51,586 nt of DNA, taken from assembly GCA_028293375.1 (NCBI GenBank), contig JAQGOY010000228.1, positions 1 to 51,586 of the forward strand, in the 5' to 3' direction. The notes beneath the pieces are model-generated. The model saw only the letters and a list, made by a program, of their open reading frames with translations, made no database searches and had not been told where the DNA came from. The translations under genes were made by a program, and so were the position numbers. This document shows, piece by piece, positions 45,048-51,586 of the stretch; the stretch's first letter is position 1; the number at the start of each line of letters is the position of its first letter. Source of the stretch: Verrucomicrobiales bacterium. GTDB taxonomy: Bacteria; Verrucomicrobiota; Verrucomicrobiia; Limisphaerales; JAQGOY01.

Positions 45048-47416
45048 CTTGGACATCCACCATCAACAGCCTGTTAGTGGCGGCCAGTTCCGCAGGAATG
45101 GCCACCCTGCTCGGTTTGATTGCTGCCATGTCTGCCGCCAGGTATCCGCGCGCGGGGAAAGCCCAACAATTTGCCTGGTGCCTTATACTTGCCTTGCCGC
45201 CCTTCTTCGTCACCAGCGGTTGGCTTTATTTCTTTGGATTTACCGGTGAGTTCAAATCTTTTCTACCTTTTAATTTATTCAGCCTTTCGGGCTTGACCTC
45301 CATTCTCGTTTTTCTCTACTGGCCCGTTGCCGCCTGGATTTTCCATCGTCGTCTTCCTGCGCTTGCGCCACCGTATTGGGAATGGGAAACTCATTGGACT
45401 CTCTTACGGTTTTGGCGCGTCGTCCTCTTGCCTTTCCTGCGTCCTGCTTTCGCTACATCATTTTTAATAATCTTTGTCTTGTCGATTACCCAGTTCAGCG
45501 TCCCTTCACTCCTCCAGGTCAAAGTCTTGCCCGAAGATGTCTGGCTCCGCATGAACGCAGATCTCAATTATAAGACCGCTGCCCTGCTCCTGTGCCCCAT
45601 GTTGATTTCCATTGCCCTGGTTCTTTACTCCATTAATAAATTTGGAATATTTAAAGGCAGTAATTTCGCCACCTCGGGCGTTGCTGCTCTCCCTCCGGGA
45701 ATGGTTCCTGGGTTGTTCCAATTCATTGCCTGGGGCGCAATTGTTGTTTCGGTATTCCTTCCTGTGGCACCCGTGGCGGGGTCCCTCCAGACCTGGCTGT
45801 CGCTTCGCTCCGCGCTCATCGCGAATATCGCGCCCCTTACCTTGTCCATTCTCACCGCCATCCTCGTTCCCCTCCTCATTTTTTGTTGTTCCCGGGTCCT
45901 CTCAGGGCGCTGGATGGTTCATCTCTCCGCGTTGCTCTTCCTCGCTCCAGGTCTCGCCATTGCCTGGGTTTTAATCGTCGTCTTTAATCGCCCCGTGCTC
46001 GGTTGGTTTTACCCCAGCCTCGGTTGTGTTTTTTTATGTCTTATCATTAAATACTCCGCACCTCTGATTTTTGGAGATTTTCTGGGAATACGCACGAATC
46101 TGAAAAGCCACCTCGCTCTCCTCGATATGGAAGGCGCTGGAAAGGTGAAGGCGAATTTGCTCCTCGCTCCGCTTGCCTTCCAGGAACTCCTCGGCCCCAT
46201 GATTGTCACCGCTTTGCTTGTCATCTGGGATGTTGAAACCGTCGTCATGATCATGCCCCCCGGTCGCGAGACTCTCTCCTTGCGCGTGTTTAATATGCTT
46301 CACTACGGCCACAATAGCCAAATCAATGCCATCGGAGTCATTTTGATGGGTGGAGCTTTGTTCACCGCTGGCATTCTTATCTGCCTGCAACTTTTTTGCC
46401 GGCGCTTTTTTCACCGGATTTTGGTCCGTTGTTTTTTGGTGGTTCTCACCCTGTTCAGTTTTTCGTGTTCCCCCAAAAATGAAACTTCTGCCGCAACGGG
46501 TTCTCCCATCCATAACAGTAAATTATTCAGTGCTGTCCAAATCATCGGTGGCAAGGGAGCCGGGGCCGGTCAATTTAATAAACCCCGATCTGTGGCCGTC
46601 GACGACAATGACAATCTCTACGTCGTCGACATGACTGGTCGCGTCCAGAAATTTGACGATCACGGGTTGTATTTGAGCAGTTGGCAAATGCCCCAGACTG
46701 ATCTCGGCAAACCCAAAGGCATGTGCATCGACCAGGCCGGGAATCTTGTCCTGGTGGAGCCGCACTATTCCCGGTTGAATTACTTCTCCAAAACGAACAG
46801 TTCACTTCTCGCCCAATGGGGTGTGCACGGAACCAATGATGGCCAACTCGCTTTCCCTCGTTCAGCCACTGTTCTTGGAGATGGCCGGACATTCGTCACA
46901 GAATACGGTCAATGCGAACGCGTCTCCTGTTTTAGTGCTTTCGGTTCCCGGTTTCTTTTTTCCTTCGGAACTCCCGGCGATGGCCCTGGCCAGTTTAATC
47001 GTGCTGAAGGCGTTTGTTCCGACTCCAGGGGCATGCTCTACATCGCAGACTCCTGCAACCATCGTGTCCAGATTTTCAATTCCGATGGCAAATTTGTTAG
47101 CGCCTTCGGCAGTCCTGGCAGGGATCCCGGCCAGATGAACTATCCCTACGATGTTCGCGTCGATGCGGAAGGCTATTGTTTTGTCTGCGAATTCGGCAAC
47201 AGCCGCATCCAGGTATTCAAGGGTTCGAATGTTCCAGTGGAAGTCATCGGGCGTGGCGGCAGTGAACCCGCTGAATTTTCCAACCCGTGGAGCATCGCCC
47301 TCGATAAGCATGGCAATTTATTTGTGGCTGACGCCATGAATCACCGGGTTCAAAAACTCTTGAGAAAACACGAAAGCGCCAGCCGGCAGGCAATGGAGAA
47401 AAAACAAGCTCTGTGA
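45044..47416 (+). CDS. ABC-permease-like membrane domain (two halves) fused to C-terminal NHL-repeat beta-propeller
   Basis: NSL...LPPF..., PPGRETLSLRVFNMLHYG; NHL repeats FNKPRSVAVD, FPRSA, YIADSCNHRVQIF, FVADAMNHRVQK. Confidence 0.82.
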   Translation: MTWTSTINSLLVAASSAGMATLLGLIAAMSAARYPRAGKAQQFAWCLILALPPFFVTSGWLYFFGFTGEFKSFLPFNLFSLSGLTSILVFLYWPVAAWIFHRRLPALAPPYWEWETHWTLLRFWRVVLLPFLRPAFATSFLIIFVLSITQFSVPSLLQVKVLPEDVWLRMNADLNYKTAALLLCPMLISIALVLYSINKFGIFKGSNFATSGVAALPPGMVPGLFQFIAWGAIVVSVFLPVAPVAGSLQTWLSLRSALIANIAPLTLSILTAILVPLLIFCCSRVLSGRWMVHLSALLFLAPGLAIAWVLIVVFNRPVLGWFYPSLGCVFLCLIIKYSAPLIFGDFLGIRTNLKSHLALLDMEGAGKVKANLLLAPLAFQELLGPMIVTALLVIWDVETVVMIMPPGRETLSLRVFNMLHYGHNSQINAIGVILMGGALFTAGILICLQLFCRRFFHRILVRCFLVVLTLFSFSCSPKNETSAATGSPIHNSKLFSAVQIIGGKGAGAGQFNKPRSVAVDDNDNLYVVDMTGRVQKFDDHGLYLSSWQMPQTDLGKPKGMCIDQAGNLVLVEPHYSRLNYFSKTNSSLLAQWGVHGTNDGQLAFPRSATVLGDGRTFVTEYGQCERVSCFSAFGSRFLFSFGTPGDGPGQFNRAEGVCSDSRGMLYIADSCNHRVQIFNSDGKFVSAFGSPGRDPGQMNYPYDVRVDAEGYCFVCEFGNSRIQVFKGSNVPVEVIGRGGSEPAEFSNPWSIALDKHGNLFVADAMNHRVQKLLRKHESASRQAMEKKQAL

Positions 47417-50274
47417 AGTTTTATTTTTCAAATCCAATTTGGTTGTGGGCGCTGATCCCTGTTTTGGGTTGGGTCTGTTGGTTTGGGCTTCGTTCGTCAC
47501 TTTCTCTTTCCCCATGGCGCAAGGCCCTTTCCATTGCGTTGCGAATCATTATTGTTCTCCTCGCCTTGTTCGCTCTTGCCGGACTTCAATTGCAAAAGCC
47601 CATCGAGGGCATGAATACTTTTTATCTCCTGGATCGCTCCCAAAGCGTCCCGTTCGCCCAGCAGGAGGCCGCCCGCCTCATGGTCATCAGGCAAATCTCT
47701 CAAAAAAAACCGAATGACAAGGTGGGTGTCGTGGTTTTCGGGGCGGATGCCGCCATTGAGAGTTCCGTCTCCCCAGTGCTTGGCCTCGATAAAATTCAAT
47801 CCGTCATCAACGCCAACGGAAGCGATATTGGCGCCGCGCTGCGTCTGGCTTCCGCCGCGTTCCCGGAAGCAGGTCAAAAGAAAATGGTGCTCTTCTCTGA
47901 CGGAAACGAAAACCTGGGGGATGCGCTTTCCGCAGTGGTTTCGGCCCGCCCCCTCGGTGCCACCCTCGACATCGTTCCACTTGGATCCGCTCGGGCTCAT
48001 GATGTTGCCGTTGAAAAAATTGCCCTGCCTCCCAATCTGAAAAAGGGCCAGACTTTTGATGTTAAGATTTTTCTGAAAAGTGATGCCGCCACCAGGGCGA
48101 ATCTGCGCTTGTTTAAAAACGAGCAGTTACTTGGAGAACAACAGGTCGACCTGAGTGAAGGAAAAAATCTCTTCACCTTTCCCCAGGAACTGGCGGATCC
48201 CGGCTTTTACCAATATTCCGTCCAGGTGGATGTAGCAGGGGACGTTGTTCCTCAAAATAACCACGCTTCCGCCTTCGCCAATGTCAAAGGTGAACCGCGA
48301 ATTTTGGTAATTTCTTCCGACCCCTCAAAGGACGCGCCCCTCGCCAAAGCTTTAATTTCTGGAAAACTCGAAGTACGCATGGGAGGAATCGAACTCTTTC
48401 CAAAATCGCTGGCGGAAATGAACAGCTACGATTCCATTTTCCTAAGCAATATTGGGGCAGGGGAAGCGAGTCGTGAATCATGGCAACTCCTGGAGAGCGC
48501 CGTCCGCGATTTCGGCGTGGGTCTTGTCTGCCTCGGCGGAGATCAAAGTTACTCTGCCGGTTCTTATCGCGGAACTCCCCTCGAGGACACTCTGCCTGTC
48601 AGCATGGACCTTAACAGTAAAAAGGTGCTTCCTTCAGGAGCACTGGTGCTGGTCGTGCATGCCACAGAATTTCCCAATGGGAATCAGTGGTCCCGCGATA
48701 TCGCCTTCGCAGCTTTGAATGGTCTGGGACCTCTCGATGAAATGGGAGTTGTCTTATGGAATGGCACCGATCAATGGCTCTTTCCCCTTCAAAAGGTCGG
48801 AGACAAGAAAAAAATGGGTCAACTGATTTCCGGGATGACGCCCGGCGATATGCCCAGTTTCAAAAACGTCATGAAAATGGCTTACACCGGCCTCAAAGAT
48901 TCGAAAGCTCACCTGAAACACATGGTCGTTTTCAGCGATGGCGATCCTGGCCGTCCCGATGACTCGGATATCCAGGACATTGTGAATGACAAAATCACTA
49001 TCAGCACCGTGATGATCGGTGGCCATACCGCTCCCGATAACATGGTCATGATGGCCAACGCAGGACACGGGCAATTCTATGATGTCCGTTCTGCGGAAGT
49101 GCTGCCTCAGATTTTTATCAAGGAATCGGCTGTCATCCTGAAGAGCGCCATCTTTGAAGAGCCTTTCATTCCCAAACTCGTCCAGGCTTCCGAACTCGTC
49201 CAGGGCATCGCCGCTGCTGAATATCCCGAACTGCAGGGATATGTTTGCGTCACTCCCAAGGGGCGCGCCGAGATTCCTCTGGTCTCCGACAAGGGCGACC
49301 CCATTCTTGCCCACTGGCAGTTTGGACTTGGCCGCTCCGTGGCCTACACTTCCGACGCCAGGGCCAAGTGGGCTCGAAACTGGCTCGATTGGGCCAAATA
49401 CCAGCAATTCTGGACTCAAGTGGCTCAATGGAGTTTGCGCAGAATTGAAAATAGTGAGTACAACACGGATATTAATATTGAAAAAGGAACCGGGAAATTG
49501 AATGTCGAAGCCCTCGATAACCAGGGTAACTTTCGTAATTTCCTCGATCTTCAAGCCCTGGTGGTCGATCCAAAGGGCCAGAAACAAACCGTCCGGCTTG
49601 AGCAAACAGGTCCTGGCCGCTACGAAGTAAATTTTCCTGGCCGCGAAGTTGGTTCCTACCTCGTAAATCTCGTCTCATTGAAGGATGGCAAGGTGCTTTC
49701 CTCACAGGCCTTGGGAGCCAGCGTGAACTATTCACCGGAATTCGCTTCCGCCGATCCCAATTTCAATCTCTTGCAAAGGCTGGCCGATGCGGGCGCCGGC
49801 AAAATCCTCCTTCCGGAGGAGAATCCCTTCCTCCTTGGCCGGAAACGAACATTTCAACCTCTGGATCTCCTCACTTTCCTCCTCAAGTGCGCCCTGGTCC
49901 TGTTCCCTCTGGATGTGGCCATACGCAGGATTCATTTGGATCGCTCCGATTGGGCGCTTTTCCTCGCTGGTTTACGCAATCGATTGTTCTGGAAAAGGGC
50001 TAAGCCTTCCGTAGCCTCGGAGGAAAACATGGGTTCGTTGCTGGCCAAAACAAAACAAACACGCGATCGCACCTCCTCGGCCCCGGCCATCGATCCCAAA
50101 CTGTTCGTCCCTAAGGCAGCCCCAAAAGATGTGCCACTCCCCTCATCTGTGCCAAAAGTTCCCCAGCAATCCTCCCCGGTGGAACTTTCCAAACCATCCA
50201 CACTGGTCCCCCCGCCTCCCTCCACCGCTTCAGCGCTTCTGGAAGCAAAGAAACGGGCTAAAAAGAAATTATAG
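47413..50274 (+). CDS. Membrane-anchored vWA + GATase1-like + vWA protein
   Basis: LLDRSQSV MIDAS, FSDGNEN, GLVCLGG..SY..G.Y..TPLE..LPV, PILAHWQFGLGRSVAYTSD, W...W..Y..FW; Pro-rich tail. Confidence 0.85.
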   Translation: MKFYFSNPIWLWALIPVLGWVCWFGLRSSLSLSPWRKALSIALRIIIVLLALFALAGLQLQKPIEGMNTFYLLDRSQSVPFAQQEAARLMVIRQISQKKPNDKVGVVVFGADAAIESSVSPVLGLDKIQSVINANGSDIGAALRLASAAFPEAGQKKMVLFSDGNENLGDALSAVVSARPLGATLDIVPLGSARAHDVAVEKIALPPNLKKGQTFDVKIFLKSDAATRANLRLFKNEQLLGEQQVDLSEGKNLFTFPQELADPGFYQYSVQVDVAGDVVPQNNHASAFANVKGEPRILVISSDPSKDAPLAKALISGKLEVRMGGIELFPKSLAEMNSYDSIFLSNIGAGEASRESWQLLESAVRDFGVGLVCLGGDQSYSAGSYRGTPLEDTLPVSMDLNSKKVLPSGALVLVVHATEFPNGNQWSRDIAFAALNGLGPLDEMGVVLWNGTDQWLFPLQKVGDKKKMGQLISGMTPGDMPSFKNVMKMAYTGLKDSKAHLKHMVVFSDGDPGRPDDSDIQDIVNDKITISTVMIGGHTAPDNMVMMANAGHGQFYDVRSAEVLPQIFIKESAVILKSAIFEEPFIPKLVQASELVQGIAAAEYPELQGYVCVTPKGRAEIPLVSDKGDPILAHWQFGLGRSVAYTSDARAKWARNWLDWAKYQQFWTQVAQWSLRRIENSEYNTDINIEKGTGKLNVEALDNQGNFRNFLDLQALVVDPKGQKQTVRLEQTGPGRYEVNFPGREVGSYLVNLVSLKDGKVLSSQALGASVNYSPEFASADPNFNLLQRLADAGAGKILLPEENPFLLGRKRTFQPLDLLTFLLKCALVLFPLDVAIRRIHLDRSDWALFLAGLRNRLFWKRAKPSVASEENMGSLLAKTKQTRDRTSSAPAIDPKLFVPKAAPKDVPLPSSVPKVPQQSSPVELSKPSTLVPPPPSTASALLEAKKRAKKKL

Positions 50275-50401
50275 GTGTAAGGAAAAAGGCAGTTCTTTCG
50301 GGGTATCTTTACCCTAACTCCCCTCCGCGCCTTGGCTTAACCCTCAACAGGGATTTCTTAAGGCTTTCCGTACTCCTCATTGATCGGGCAAACAGCTTTT
50401 C

Positions 50402-50435
50402 TCCCCATTGAGAGAGGTCCTATCAGGTCTAAGTT
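50402..50435 (+). promoter_or_regulatory. Putative leaderless promoter: TCCCCA-TTGAGA-N16-TAAGTT-N6-ATG
   Basis: CCYSA-TTG signature, second copy TCCTCATTG at 50374; no SD before ATG 50442. Confidence 0.5.
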
Positions 50436-50441
50436 GTTCCC

Positions 50442-50879
50442 ATGAAGACTAAACTCAAATTCACCAAGCTGGTTCTCGCCGCCTCTTTAGGCTCGCTCAT
50501 CTGGGCCGGTTGTTCTACCAACAATCATCAAGCCTTTAACTCTAATGATCACAGCATCACTGCTTATCCTCTTTCAGCGGATGTGCCCGTCCCAGTCGAT
50601 CAAACCAAACGCCGCCCCGATACCCATCCTGAGCTTCGCCGGGGTGCTTGGGACTTCACCTACAGTGGCACTCAACAGGTTGTAGAAGCTCCCAACATTC
50701 AGGATGCTCCTCCCGGAACGGTCGATTCTCCTGTTCTCCTTGGCTACGAGCCTGAATATCGTAACGCCTTCGCCGCCACTCAGGGCGATGTGATCAACGA
50801 AGCCGCCGGTGCCAACAGCGACCGGAAGTCCAAAAAGGTGATCATTCGCGAACGCCACGACGACAATCTCAATTACTAA
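50442..50879 (+). CDS. Small hypothetical lipoprotein
   Basis: MKTKLKFTKLVLAASLGSLIWAGC lipobox; INEAAGA motif; followed by terminator. Confidence 0.8.
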   Translation: MKTKLKFTKLVLAASLGSLIWAGCSTNNHQAFNSNDHSITAYPLSADVPVPVDQTKRRPDTHPELRRGAWDFTYSGTQQVVEAPNIQDAPPGTVDSPVLLGYEPEYRNAFAATQGDVINEAAGANSDRKSKKVIIRERHDDNLNY

Positions 50880-50908
50880 GCTCGCGACCCATTCTTGCGG
50901 ACTACATT

Positions 50909-50939
50909 ACCCTCCAGGTCATCCTGGAGGGTTTTTTTT
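50909..50939 (+). terminator. Intrinsic terminator
   Basis: ACCCTCCAGG-TCAT-CCTGGAGGGT followed by T7. Confidence 0.9.
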
Positions 50940-50965
50940 GTACATAACTTTTGTTAAAAAAATAT

Positions 50966-50994
50966 TTGACGGGGCCATACGGCCCTATTAAAGT
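50966..50994 (+). promoter_or_regulatory. Sigma70-like promoter TTGACG-N17-TAAAGT with AT-rich upstream element
   Basis: Near-consensus boxes; GGGCC-ATAC-GGCCC inverted repeat in the spacer. Confidence 0.65.
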
Positions 50995-51062
50995 CTCGTC
51001 GCCTGGACTGCTCTAGAGTGGTGTAAAATCACTCTTTCGCTTTGCTGCAATACGGTAACGTT

Positions 51063-51586
51063 ATGTCCCAAAAATTCGTTATTTTAATAAAATCAGTACT
51101 GTTCGTGTTCTTGATTGCCATCGCTTCGTTTCGCGCTGCAGCCACCGAGCTCTCTTTCTTTGCCAGCTACACCAATGTTGATTACGTCTCGGCCGGAGTC
51201 GGCGGTTTGCGTGAGACTGGCTATGGTGACATCTCGTTGACCGGGGTTAGCGGCACGATTAAAAAAGCCTATCTTTACTGGCATGGCCACGGCAAACAGG
51301 GAGATTACGATGCTTCCATCACCAACGCTTTGGTTTTCATTAATGGCAATCCCGCCCAGGGACAGGTGATCGGGACCTCCGGCCCCAATGGTTGGAACTT
51401 TCCTCCCTACAACTTTTATTTCGGCCAGGCTTTCCGCGCTGATGTGACGGATCTGATCACCGGCAACGGCACTTATACAGTGAGCGATTTCGATCCGCTT
51501 CCCTTCACCATTCAGGGCGCTTCCCTGATCGTCATCTTTGACGACGGCATCACCACCAATAACCGGGACATTACGCTCTACAATGG
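51063..51586 (+). CDS. Secreted protein with DUF3344-like N-terminal domain; 3'-truncated by window edge (absent from ORF track)
   Basis: MSQKFVILIKSVLFVFLIAIASFRAAA signal; KKAYLYWHG, AFRADVT, GASLIVIFDDG; frame open to the end. Confidence 0.75.
   Translation, partial: MSQKFVILIKSVLFVFLIAIASFRAAATELSFFASYTNVDYVSAGVGGLRETGYGDISLTGVSGTIKKAYLYWHGHGKQGDYDASITNALVFINGNPAQGQVIGTSGPNGWNFPPYNFYFGQAFRADVTDLITGNGTYTVSDFDPLPFTIQGASLIVIFDDGITTNNRDITLYN

Noticed and set aside
51093-51290. 65-aa minus-strand ORF
   Set aside because: Antisense to the signal-peptide-bearing plus-strand gene starting at 51063

Overview
A gene-dense bacterial window. Its gene content (PQQ-type propellers, MoxR/vWA operon, weak SD signals) suggests Verrucomicrobiota/PVC, which is an inference only. 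There are four blocks. (1) About 0.7-21.9 kb on the minus strand is a glycan-biosynthesis locus: priming sugar transferase, three GT4, one GT2 and a Wzx-like flippase. It carries an unusual accessory set: a stand-alone half-C/A/PCP/TE NRPS with a proline-like specificity code and a Cys-nucleophile TE, an FkbM methyltransferase, a pol-beta-type nucleotidyltransferase, a cytoplasmic NPP-type phosphodiesterase, a CBS-pyrophosphatase, uridine kinase, a double pseudo-enzyme, an STAS / kinase-phosphatase partner-switching module and a PLD/cardiolipin synthase. (2) About 22-34.8 kb on the plus strand is a general-stress-type island: ElaB/YqjD-YqjE-like genes, a glycine-zipper protein, two unannotated small membrane proteins, a 2.6-kaa soluble poly-HAMP hybrid kinase with 16 gapless 276-nt repeats, two tandem NarL regulators and a Ser-rich secreted protein. 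(3) An MFS transporter, two PQQ-like propellers and a gluconolactonase. (4) A MoxR-DUF58-vWA operon that embeds an ATPase-less ABC pair whose permease is fused to an NHL propeller. A shared promoter signature, CC(C/T)(C/G)A immediately followed by a TTG -35 box, lies in sense orientation upstream of eight transcription units. It links blocks 1 and 2 and a distal lipoprotein into one putative regulon. No rRNA, tRNA, CRISPR array or mobile element was recognised.
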